A DNA stretch of 64,000 nt from Eledone cirrhosa (taxonomy: Eukaryota), in the NCBI GenBank assembly GCA_964016885.1, contig OZ024742.1, positions 165,478,001 to 165,542,000 of the forward strand, read 5' to 3'. Position 1 is the first letter of the stretch. Every line of letters starts with the position of its first letter. The position numbers and the translations under genes were made by a program. Below the pieces are notes generated by a model. The model ran no database searches. It was not told where the DNA came from and saw only the letters and a program-made list of their open reading frames with translations. This document shows, piece after piece, positions 1 through 12,245 of this stretch.

Positions 1-82
1 ATTATCTCCCCCTGATTTTTTTTTACGAATTATCTCCCCCTGATTTTTTTTTACAAATTATCTCCGCCTGATTTTTTTTTAA

Positions 83-207
83 AAATTATCTCCCCTTGAA
101 CGGCTGGAAATTATCTCCCCTTGGACGGCTGGAAATTATCTCCCCTTGGACGGCTAGAAATTACCTCTCCTTGGACGGCTGAAAATTATCTCCCCTTGGA
201 CGGCTGC
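83..207 (+). repeat. Representative 5-monomer A-block (GAACGG class)
   Basis: Order: TTGAACGG, consensus, GCTAG, ACCTCTCC..GCTGA, GCTGC. It is preceded by CCGCCTGA-Tn-An and followed by a TTAAC B unit. Also seen near 1.15, 1.98, 3.70, 7.62, 8.84, 9.91 kb and onward. Confidence 0.93.
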
Positions 208-2706
208 AAATTATCTCCCCTTGATTTTTTTAACAAATTATCTCCCCCTGATTTTTTTTTACAAATTATCTCCCCCTGATTTTTTTTACAAATTATCTAC
301 GCCTAATTTTTTTTACAAATTATCTCCCCCTGATTTTTTTTTACAAATTATCTCCCCCTGATTTTTTTTACAAATTATCTCCCCTTGGCTGGCTGGAAAT
401 TATCTCCCCTTGGAGGCTGGAATTTATCTCCCCTTGGACGGTTAGAAATTACCTCTCCTTGGACTGCTGGAAAATATGTCTCCTTGGACGGCTGGAAATT
501 ATCTCCCCTTGGACGGCTGGAAATTATCTCCCCTTGGACGGCTGGAAATTATCTCTCCTCGGACGACTAGAAATTACCTCTCCTTGGACAGCTGAAAATT
601 ATCTCCCCTTGGACGGCTGGAAATTATCTCCCCTTGATTTTTTTTACAAATTATCTCCCCCTGATTTATTTTACAAATTATCTCCCCCTGATTTTTTTTT
701 ACAAATTATCTCCCCCTGATTTTTTTTACAAATTATCTCCCCCTGATATTTTTTACAAATTATCTCCCCCTGATTTTTTTACAAATTATCTCCCCTTGGC
801 TGGCTGGAAATTATCTACCCTTGGAGGCTGGAATTTATCTCCCCTTGGACGGCTAGAAATTACCTCGCCTTGGACGGCTGGAAAATATGTCTCCTTGGAC
901 GGCTGGAAATTATCTCCCCTTGGACGGCTGGAAATTATCTCCCCTTGGACGGCTGGAAATTATCTCCCCTTGGACGGCTAGATATTACCTCCCCTTGGAC
1001 GGCTGGAAATTATCTCCCCTTGATTTTTTTTACAAATTATCTCCCCCTGATTTTTTTTTACAAATTATCTCCCCCTGATTTTTTTTTACGAAGTATCTCC
1101 CCCTGATTTTTTTTTACAAATTATCTCCGCCTGATTTTTTTTTAAAAATTATCTCCCCTTGAACGGCTGGAAATTATCTCCCCTTGGACGGCTGGAAATT
1201 ATCTCCCCTTGGACGGCTAGAAATTACCTCTCCTTGGACGGCTGAAAATTATCTCCCATTGGACGGCTGCAAATTATCTCCCCTTGATTTTTTAACAAAT
1301 TATCTCCCCCTGATTTTTTTTTACAAATTATCTCCCCCTGATTTTTTTTACAAATTATCTCCCCCTGATTTTTTTTTACAAATTATTTCCCCCTGATTTT
1401 TTTCCGCCTAATTTTTTTTACAAATTATCTCCCCCTGATTTTTTTTTACAAATTATCTCCCCCTGATTTTTTTTACAAATTATCTCCCCCTGATTTTTTT
1501 TTACAAATTATTTCCCCCTGATTTTTTTACAAATTATCTCCCCCTGATTTTTTTTTACAAATTATCTCCCCCTGATATTTTTTACAAATTATCTCCCCCT
1601 GATTTTTTTACAAATTATCTCCCCTTGGCTGGCTGGAAATTATCTCCCCTTGGAGGCTGGAATTTATCTCCCCTTGGACGGCTAGAAATTACCTCGCCTT
1701 GGACGGCTGGAAAATATGTCTCCTTGGACGGCTGGAAATTATCTCCCCTTGGACGGCTGGAAATTATCTCCCCTTGGACAGCTGGAAATTATCTCCCCTT
1801 GGACGGCTAGATATTACCTCCCCTTGGACGGCTGGAAATTATCTCCCCTTGATTTTTTTTACAAATTATCTCCCCCTGATTTTTTTTTACAAATTATCTC
1901 CCCCTGATTTTTTTTTACGAATTATCTCCCCCCGATTTTTTTTTACAAATTATCTCCGCCTGATTTTTTTTTAAAAATTATCTCCCCTTGAACGGCTGGA
2001 AATTATCTCCCCTTGGACGGCTGGAAATTATCTCCCCTTGGACGGCTAGAAATTACCTCTCCTTGGACGGCTGAAAATTATCTCCCCTTGGACGGCTGCA
2101 AATTATCTCCCCTTGATTTTTTAACAAATTATCTCCCCCTGATTTTTTTTTACAAATTATCTCCCCCTGATTTTTTTTTACAAATTATCTCCCCCTGATT
2201 TTTTTTTACAAATTATCTCCCCCTGATTTTTTTACAAATTATCTCCCCCTGACTTTTTTTACAATCTCCGCCTGATTTTTTAAAAAATTATCTTCCCTTG
2301 GCTGGCGGGAAATTATCTCCCCTTGGACGGCTGGAAATTATCTCCCCTTGGACGGCTGGAAATTATCTCCCCTTGGACAGCTGGAAATTATCTGCCCTTG
2401 ATTTTGTTTTTACAAATTATCTCCCCCTGATTTTTTTTACAAATTATCTCCACCTGATTTTTTAAAAAATTATCTCCCCTTGGACGGCTGGAAATTATCT
2501 CCCCTTGATTTTTTTACAAATTATCTCCCCCTGATTTTTTTTACAAATTATCTCCCCCTGATTTTATGTTACAAATTATCTCCCCCTGATTTTTTTTTAC
2601 AAATTATCTCCCCCTGATTTTTTTTTACAAATTATCTCCCCCTGATTTTTTTTTACAAATTATCTCCCCCCTGATTTTTTTTACAATCTCCGCCTGATTT
2701 TTTAAA

Positions 2707-2856
2707 AAATTATCTTCCCTTGGCTGGCGGGAAATTATCTCCCCTTGGACGGCTGGAAATTATATCCCCTTGGAAGGATGGAAATTATCTCCCCTTGGAC
2801 GGCTGGAAATTATCTCCCCTTGGACGGCTGGAAATTATCTCCCCTTGGACAGCTGG
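2707..2856 (+). repeat. Representative GGCGGG-class A-block (2-6 monomers)
   Basis: Begins TATCTTCCCTTGGCTGGCGGG. The long form includes ATATCCCCTTGGAAGGATGG, ends GGACAGCTGG, and is followed by TCTGCCCTTGATTTTGT(T/A)TTTAC. Confidence 0.92.
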
Positions 2857-3360
2857 AAATTATCTGCCCTTGATTTTGTATTTACAAATTATCTCCCCCT
2901 GATTTTTTTTACAAATTATCTCCACCTGATTTTTTAAAAAATTATCTCCCCTTGGACGGCTGGAAATTATCTCCCCTTGATTTTTTTACAAATTATCTCC
3001 CCCTGATTTTTTTTACAAATTATCTCCCCCTGATTTTTTGTTACAAATTATCTCCCCCTGATTTTTTTACAAATTAAAACCCCCTGATTTTTTTTACAAA
3101 TTATCTCCGCCTGATTTTTTTAAATATTATCTTCCCTTGGCTGGCGGGAAATTATCTCCCCTTGGACGGCTGAAAATTATCTCCCCTTGGACGGCTGGAA
3201 ATTATCTCCCCTTGATTTTTTTACAAATTATCTCCCCCTGATTTTTTTTTACAAATTATCTCCCCCTGATTTTTTTTACAAATTATCTCCCCCTGATTTT
3301 TTTTTACAAATTATCTCCCCCTGATTTTTTTTTACAAATTATCTCCCCCTGATTTTTTAC

Positions 3361-3584
3361 AAATTATCTCCCCTTGGCTGGCTGGAAATTATCTCCCCTT
3401 GGAGGCTGGAATTTATCTCCCCTTGGACGGCTAGAAATTACCTCTCCTTGGACGGCTGGAAAATATGTCTCCTTGGACGGCTGGATATTATCTACCCTTG
3501 GACGGCTGGAAATTATCTCCCCTTGGACGGCTGGAAATTATCTCCCCTTGGACGGCTAGATATTACCTCCCCTTGGACGGCTGG
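3361..3584 (+). repeat. Representative long A-block (9 monomers, 224 bp), recurring dozens of times
   Basis: Fixed order of variants: TTGGCTGGCTGG; TTGGAGGCTGG (24 bp); AATTTATC..GCTAG; AAATTACCTCTCC; AAAATATGTCTCC; ATATTATCTACCC; consensus; ..GCTAG; ATATTACCTCCCC. It matches the recurring 61-aa pseudo-ORF MAGWKLSPLGGWNL... A 10-monomer subtype occurs at ~372-620. Confidence 0.95.
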
Positions 3585-6500
3585 AAATTATCTCCCCTTG
3601 ATTTTTTTTACAAATTATCTCCCCCTGATTTTTTTTTACGAATTATCTCCCCCTGATTTTTTTTTAAAAATTATCTCCGCCTGATTTTTTTTAAAAATTA
3701 TCTCCCCTTGAACGGCTGGAAATTATCTCCCCTTGGACGGCTGGAAATTATCTCCCCTTGGACGGCTAGAAATTACCTCTCCTTGGACGGCTGAAAATTA
3801 TCTCCCCTTGGACGGCTGCAAATTATCTCCCCTTGATTTTTTTAACAAATTATCTCCCCCTGATTTTTTTTTACAAATTATCTCCCCCTGATTTTTTTTT
3901 ACAAATTATCTACGCCTAATTTTTTTTACAAATTATCTCCCCCTGATTTTTTTTACAAATTATCTCCCCCTGATTTTTTTTACAAATTATCTCCCCCTGA
4001 TTTTTTTTTACAAATTATCTCCCCCTGATTTTTTTACAAATTATCTCCCCCCTGATTTTTTTTACAATCTCCGCCTGATTTTTTTAAAAATTATCTTCCC
4101 TTGGCTGGCAGGAAATTATCTCCCCTTGGACGGCTGAAAATTATCTCCCCTTGGACGGCTGGAAATTATCTCCCCTTGATTTTTTTTACAAATAATCTCC
4201 CCCTGATTTTTTTTTACAAATTATCTCCCCCTGATTTTTTTTACAAATTATCTCCCCCTGATTTTTTTTTACAAATTATCTGCCCCTGATTTTTTTTACA
4301 AATTATCTCCCCCTGATTTTTTTACAAATTATCTCCCCTTGGCTGGCTGGAAATTATCTCCCCTTGGAGGCTGGAATTTATCTCCCCTTGGACGGCTAGA
4401 AATTACCTCTCCTTGGACGGCTGGAAAATATTTCTCCTTGGACGGCTGGATATTATCTACCCTTGGACGGGTGGAAATTATCTCCCCTTGGACGGCTGGA
4501 AATTATCTCCCCTTGGACGGCTAGATATTACCTCCCCTTGGACGGCTGGAAATTATCTCCCCTTGATTTTTTTTACAAATTATCTCCCCCTGATTTTTTT
4601 TACAAATTATCTCCACCTGATTTTTTTACAAATTATCTCCCCCTGATTTTTTTTACAAATTATCTCCCCCTGATTTTTTTTACAAATTATCTCCGCCTGA
4701 TTTTTTTAAATATTATCTTCCCTTGGCTGGCGGGAAATTATCTCCCCTTGGACGGCTGAAAATTATCTCCCCTTGGACGGCTGGAAATTATCTCCCCTTG
4801 ATTTTTTTTACAAATTATCTCCCCCTGATTTTTTTTACAAATTATCTCCCCCTGATTTTATGTTACAAATTATCTCCCCCTGATTTTTTTTTACAAATTA
4901 TCTCCCCCTGATTTTTTTTTACAAATTATCTCCCCCTGATTTTTTTTTACAAATTATCTCACCCTGATTTTTTTTACAAATTATCTCTCCCTGATTTTTT
5001 TACAAATTATCTCCCCTTGGCTGGCTGGAAATTATCTCCCCTTGGAGGCTGGAAATTATCTCCCCTTGGACAGCTGGAAATTATCTGCCCTTGATTTTGT
5101 TTTTACAAATTATCTCCCCCTGATTTTTTAAAAAATTATCTTCCCTTGGACGGCTGGAAATTATCTCCCCTTGGACGGCTGGAAATTATCTCCCCTTGAT
5201 TTTTTTTACAAATTATCTCCCCCTGATTTTTTTTTACAAATTATCTCCCCCTGATTTTTTTTACAAATTATCTCCACCTGATTTTTTAAAAAATTATCTC
5301 CCCTTGGACGGCTGGAAATTATCTCCCCTTGGACGGCTGGAAATTATCTCCCCTTGATTTTTTTTACAAATTATCTCCCCCTGATTTTTTTTTACAAATT
5401 ATCTCCCCCTGATTTTTTTTACAAATTATCTCCCCCTGATTTTTTTTTACAAATTATTTCCCCCTGATTTTTTTACAAATTATCTCCCCCCTGATTTTTT
5501 TTACAATCTCCGCCTGATTTTTTTAAAAATTATCTTCCCTTGGCTGGCGGGAAATTATCTCCCCTTGGACGGCTGGAAATTATATCCCCTTGGAAGGATG
5601 GAAATTATCTCCCCTTGGACGGCTGGAAATTATCTCCCCTTGGACGGCTGGAAATTATCTCCCCTTGGACAGCTGGAAATTATCTGCCCTTGATTTTGTT
5701 TTTACAAATTATCTCCCCCTGATTTTTTTTACAAATTATCTCCACCTGATTTTTTAAAAAATTATCTCCCCTTGGACGGCTGGAAATTATCTCCCCTTGA
5801 TTTTTTTTACAAATTATCTCCCCCTGATTTTTTTTTACAAATTATCTCCCCCTGATTTTTTTTTACAAATTATCTCCCCCTGATTTTTTTTTACAAATTA
5901 TCTCACCCTGATTTTTTTTACAAATTATCTCTCCCTGATTTTTTTACAAATTATCTCCCCTTGGCTGGCTGGAAATTATCTCCCCTTGGAGGCTGGAATT
6001 TATCTCCCCTTGGACGGCTAGAAATTACCTCTCCTTGGACGGCTGGAAAATATGTCTCCTTGGACGGCTGGATATTATCTACCCTTGGACGGCTGGAAAT
6101 TATCTCCCCTTGGACGGCTGGAAATTATCTCCTCTTGGACGGCTAGATATTACCTCCCCTTGGACGGCTGGAAATTATCTCCCCTTGATTTTTTTACAAA
6201 TTATCTCCCCCTGATTTTTTTACAAATTATCTCCCCCTGATTTTTTTTACAAATTATCTCCGCCTAATTTTTTTAAATATTATCTTCCCTTGGCTGGCGG
6301 GAAATTATCTCCCCTTGGACGGCTGAAAATTATCTCCCCTTGGACGGCTGGAAATTATCTCCCCTTGATTTTTTTTACAAATTATCTCCCCCTGATTTTT
6401 TTTTACAAATTATCTCCCCCTGATTTTTTTTACAAATTATCTCCTCCTGATTTTTTTACAAATTATCTCCCCTTGGCTGGCTGGAAATTATCTCCCCTTG

Positions 6501-9500
6501 GAGGCTGGAATTTATCTCCCCTTGGACGGCTAGAAATTACCTCTCCTTGGAAGGCTGGAAAATATGTCCTTGGACGGCTGGATATTATCTACCCTTGGAC
6601 GGCTGGAAATTATCTCCCCTTGGACGGCTGGAAATTATCTCCCCTTGGACGGCTAGATATTACCTCCCCTTGGACGGCTGAAAATTATCTCCCCTTGGAC
6701 GGCTGGAAATTATCTCCCCTTGATTTTTTTTACAAATTATCTCCCCCTGATTATTTTTTACAAATTATCCCCTGATTTTTTTTTTACAAATTATCTCCCC
6801 CTGATTTTTTTTACAAATTATCTCCCCCTGATTTTTTTACAAATTATCTCCCCTTGGCTGGCTGGAAATTATCTCCCATTGGAGGCTGGAATTTATCTCC
6901 CCTTGGACGGTTAGAAATTACCTCCCCTTGGACGGCTGGAAAATATGTCTCCTTGGACGGCTGGAAATTATCGCCCCTTGGACGGCTGGAAATTATCTCC
7001 CCTTGGACGGCTGGAAATTATCTCTCATCGGACGGCTAGAAATTACCTCTCCTTGGACAGCTGAAAATTATCTCCCCTTGGACGGCTGGAAATTATCTCC
7101 CCTTGATTTTTTTTACAAATTATCTCCCCCTGATTTTTTTTTACAAATTATCTCCCCCTGATTTTTTTTTACAAATTATCTCCCCCTGATTTTTTTTTAC
7201 AAATTATCTCCCCCTGATATTTTTTACAAATTATCTCCCCCTGATTTTTTTACAAATTATCTCCCCTTGGCTGGCTGGAAATTATCTCCCCTTGGAGGCT
7301 GGAATTTATCTCCCCTTGGACGGCTAGAAATTACCTCGCCTTGGACGGCTGGAAAATATGTCTCCTTGGACGGCTGGAAATTATCTCCCCTTGGACGGCT
7401 GGAAATTATCTCCCCTTGGACAGCTGGAAATTATCTCCCCTTGGACGGCTAGATATTACCTCCCCTTGGACGGCTGGAAATTATCTCCCCTTGATTTTTT
7501 TTACAAATTATCTCCCCCTGATTTTTTTTTACAAATTATCTCCCCCTGATTTTTTTTTACGAATTATCTCCCCCCGATTTTTTTTTACAAATTATCTCCG
7601 GCTGATTTTTTTTTAAAAATTATCTCCCCTTGAACGGCTGGAAATTATCTCCCCTTGGACGGCTGGAAATTATCTCCCCTTGGACGGCTAGAAATTACCT
7701 CTCCTTGGACGGCTGAAAATTATCTCCCCTTGGACGGCTGCAAATTATCTCCCCTTGATTTTTTAACAAATTATCTCCCCCTGATTTTTTTTTACAAATT
7801 ATCTCCCCCTGATTTTTTTTTACAAATTATCTCCCCCTGATTTTTTTTTACAAATTATCTCCCCCTGATTTTTTTACAAATTATCTCCCCCTGATTTTTT
7901 TTACAATCTCCGCCTGATTTTTTAAAAAATTATCTTCCCTTGGCTGGCGGGAAATTATCTCCCCTTGGACGGCTGGAAATTATCTCCCCTTGGACGGCTG
8001 GAAATTATCTCCCCTTGGACAGCTGGAAATTATCTGCCCTTGATTTTGTTTTTACAAATTATCTCCCCCTGATTTTTTTTACAAATTATCTCCACCTGAT
8101 TTTTTAAAAAATTATCTCCCCTTGGACGGCTGGAAATTATCTCCCCTTGATTTTTTTACAAATTATCTCCCCCTGATTTTTTTTACAAGTTATCTCCCCC
8201 TGATTTTATGCTACAAATTATCTCCCCCTGATTTTTTTACAAATTATCTCCCCCTGATTTTTTTTACAAATTATCTCCGCCTGATTTTTTTAAATATTAT
8301 CTTCCCTTGGCTGGCGGGAAATTATCTCCCCTTGGACGGCTGGAAATTATCTCCCCTTGATTTTTTTTACAAATTATCTCCCCCTGATTTTTTTTTACAA
8401 ATTATCTCCCCCTGATTTTTTTTTACAAATTATCTCCCCCTGATTTTTTTTTACAAATTATCTCCCCCTGATTTTTTTTTACAAATCTCCCCCTGATTTT
8501 TTTATAAATTATCTCCCCTTGGCTGGCTGGAAATTATCTCCCCTTGGAGGCTGGAATTTATCTCCCCTTGGACGGCTAGAAATTACCTCTCCTTGGATGG
8601 CTGGAAAATATGTCTCCTTGGACGGCTGGATATTATCTACCCTTGGACGGCTGGAAATTATCTCCCCTTGGACGGCTGGAAATTATCTCCCCTTGGACGG
8701 CTAGATATTACCTCCCATTGGACGGCTGGAAATTATCTCCCCTTGATTTTTTTTACAAATTATCTCCCCCTGATTTTTTTTTACGAATTATCTCCCCCTG
8801 ATTTTTTTTTACAAAGTATCTCCGCCTGATTTTTTTTTAAAAATTATCTCCCCTTGAACGGCTGGAAATTATCTCCCCTTGGACGGCTGGAAATTATCTC
8901 CCCTTGGACGGCTAGAAATTACCTCTCCTTGGACGGCTGAAAATTATCTCCCCTTGGACGGCTGCAAATTATCTCCCCTTGATTTTTTTAACAAATTATC
9001 TCCCCCTGATTTTTTTTTACAAATTATCTCCCCCTGATTTTTTTTACAAATTATCTACGCCTAATTTTTTTTACAAATTATCTCCCCCTGATTTTTTTTT
9101 ACAAATTATCTCCCCCTGATTTTTTTTACAAATTATCTCCCCTTGGCTGGCTGGAAATTATCTCCCCTTGGAGGCTGGAATTTATCTCCCCTTGGACGGT
9201 TAGAAATTACCTCTCCTTGGACTGCTGGAAAATATGTCTCCTTGGACGGCTGGAAATTATCTCCCCTTGGACGGCTGGAAATTATCTCCCCTTGGACGGC
9301 TGGAAATTATCTCTCCTCGGACGACTAGAAATTACCTCTCCTTGGACAGCTGAAAATTATCTCCCCTTGGACGGCTGGAAATTATCTCCCCTTGATTTTT
9401 TTTACAAATTATCTCCCCCTGATTTATTTTACAAATTATCTCCCCCTGATTTTTTTTTACAAATTATCTCCCCCTGATTTTTTTTACAAATTATCTCCCC

Positions 9501-12245
9501 CTGATATTTTTTACAAATTATCTCCCCCTGATTTTTTTACAAATTATCTCCCCTTGGCTGGCTGGAAATTATCTACCCTTGGAGGCTGGAATTTATCTCC
9601 CCTTGGACGGCTAGAAATTACCTCGCCTTGGACGGCTGGAAAATATGTCTCCTTGGACGGCTGGAAATTATCTCCCCTTGGACGGCTGGAAATTATCTCC
9701 CCTTGGACGGCTGGAAATTATCTCCCCTTGGACGGCTAGATATTACCTCCCCTTGGACGGCTGGAAATTATCTCCCCTTGATTTTTTTTACAAATTATCT
9801 CCCCCTGATTTTTTTTTACAAATTATCTCCCCCTGATTTTTTTTTACGAAGTATCTCCCCCTGATTTTTTTTTACAAATTATCTCCGCCTGATTTTTTTT
9901 TAAAAATTATCTCCCCTTGAACGGCTGGAAATTATCTCCCCTTGGACGGCTGGAAATTATCTCCCCTTGGACGGCTAGAAATTACCTCTCCTTGGACGGC
10001 TGAAAATTATCTCCCATTGGACGGCTGCAAATTATCTCCCCTTGATTTTTTAACAAATTATCTCCCCCTGATTTTTTTTTACAAATTATCTCCCCCTGAT
10101 TTTTTTTTACAAATTATCTACGCCTAATTTTTTTTACAAATTATCTCCCCCTGATTTTTTTTTACAAATTATCTCCCCCTGATTTTTTTTACAAATTATC
10201 TCCCCCTGATTTTTTTTACAAATTATTTCCCCCTGATTTTTTTACAAATTATCTCCCCCCTGATTTTTTTTACAATCTCCGCCTGATTTTTTTAAAAATT
10301 ATCTTCCCTTGGCTGGCGGGAAATTATCTCCCCTTGGACGGCTGGAAATTATATCCCCTTGGAAGGATGGAAATTATCTCCCCTTGGACGGCTGGAAATT
10401 ATCTCCCCTTGGACGGCTGGAAATTATCTCCCCTTGGACAGCTGGAAATTATCTGTCCTTGATTTTGTTTTTACAAATTATCTCCCCCTGATTTTTTTTA
10501 CAAATTATCTCCACCTGATTTTTTAAAAAATTATCTCCCCTTGGACGGCTGGAAATTATCTCCCCTTGATTTTTTTTACAAATTATCTCCCCCTGATTTT
10601 TTTTTACAAATTATCTCCCCCTGATTTTTTTTTACAAATTATCTCCCCCTGATTTTTTTTTACAAATTATCTCACCCTGATTTTTTTACAAATTATCTCT
10701 CCCTGATTTTTTTACAAATTATCTCCCCTTGGCTGGCTGGAAATTATCTCCCCTTGGAGGCTGGAATTTATCTCCCCTTGGACGGCTAGAAATTACCTCT
10801 CCTTGGACGGCTGGAAAATATGTCTCCTTGGACGGCTGGATATTATCTACCCTTGGACGGCTGGAAATTATCTCCCCTTGGACGGCTGGAAATTATCTCC
10901 TCTTGGACGGCTAGATATTACCTCCCCTTGGACGGCTGGAAATTATCTCCCCTTGATTTTTTTACAAATTATCTCCCCCTGATTTTTTTACAAATTATCT
11001 CCCCCTGATTTTTTTTACAAATTATCTCCGCCTAATTTTTTTAAATATTATCTTCCCTTGGCTGGCGGGAAATTATCTCCCCTTGGACGGCTGAAAATTA
11101 TCTCCCCTTGGACGGCTGGAAATTATCTCCCCTTGATTTTTTTTACAAATTATCTCCCCCTGATTTTTTTTTACAAATTATCTCCCCCTGATTTTTTTTA
11201 CAAATTATCTCCCCCTGATTTTTTTACAAATTATCTCCCCTTGGCTGGCTGGAAATTATCTCCCCTTGGAGGCTGGAATTTATCTCCCCTTGGACGGCTA
11301 GAAATTACCTCTCCTTGGAAGGCTGGAAAATATGTCCTTGGACGGCTGGATATTATCTACCCTTGGACGGCTGGAAATTATCTCCCCTTGGACGGCTGGA
11401 AATTATCTCCCCTTGGACGGCTAGATATTACCTCCCCTTGGACGGCTGAAAATTATCTCCCCTTGGACGGCTGGAAATTATCTCCCCTTGATTTTTTTTA
11501 CAAATTATCTCCCCCTGATTATTTTTTACAAATTATCCCCTGATTTTTTTTTTACAAATTATCTCCCCCTGATTTTTTTTACAAATTATCTCCCCCTGAT
11601 TTTTTTACAAATTATCTCCCCTTGGCTGGCTGGAAATTATCTCCCATTGGAGGCTGGAATTTATCTCCCCTTGGACGGTTAGAAATTACCTCCCCTTGGA
11701 CGGCTGGAAAATATGTCTCCTTGGACGGCTGGAAATTATCGCCCCTTGGATGGCTGGAAATTATCTCCCCTTGGACGGCTGGAAATTATCTCTCATCGGA
11801 CGGCTAGAAATTACCTTTCCTTGGACAGCTGAAAATTATCTCCCCTTGGACGGCTGGAAATTATCTCCCCTTGATTTTTTTTACAAATTATCTCCCCCTG
11901 ATTTTTTTTTACAAATTATCTCCCCCTGATTTTTTTTTACAAATTATCTCCCCCTGATTTTTTTTTACAAATTATCTCCCCCTGATATTTTTTACAAATT
12001 ATCTCCCCCTGATTTTTTTACAAATTATCTCCCCTTGGCTGGCTGGAAATTATCTCCCCTTGGAGGCTGGAATTTATCTCCCCTTGGACGGCTAGAAATT
12101 ACCTCGCCTTGGACGGCTGGAAAATATGTCTCCTTGGACGGCTGGAAATTATCTCCCCTTGGACGGCTGGAAATTATCTCCCCTTGGACAGCTGGAAATT
12201 ATCTCCCCTTGGACGGCTAGATATTACCTCCCCTTGGACGGCTGG

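Larger units (their letters stand above)
1..5173 (+). repeat. ~5.1-kb duplicated block, copy 1 (copy 2 at 23762-28829)
   Basis: Shared rare markers: TTTTCCGCCTAA (1404/25165), GACTTTT (2251/26012), AAATTAAAACCCCC (3071/26725), AAATAATCT (~4190/27846). ORF offset is 23761, then 23654-23656. Confidence 0.92.

Noticed and set aside
208-372. T tracts as intrinsic or Pol III terminators, or as retroposon poly(A) tails
   Set aside because: There is no GC-rich hairpin upstream, no A/B-box gene, and no element body or target-site duplications. The tracts are integral parts of monomer B.
410-420. GGAGG Shine-Dalgarno-like and CCCCT STRE-like motifs
   Set aside because: These short motifs are inherent to the monomer or to a 1-bp deletion variant, and there are no genes here for them to regulate.
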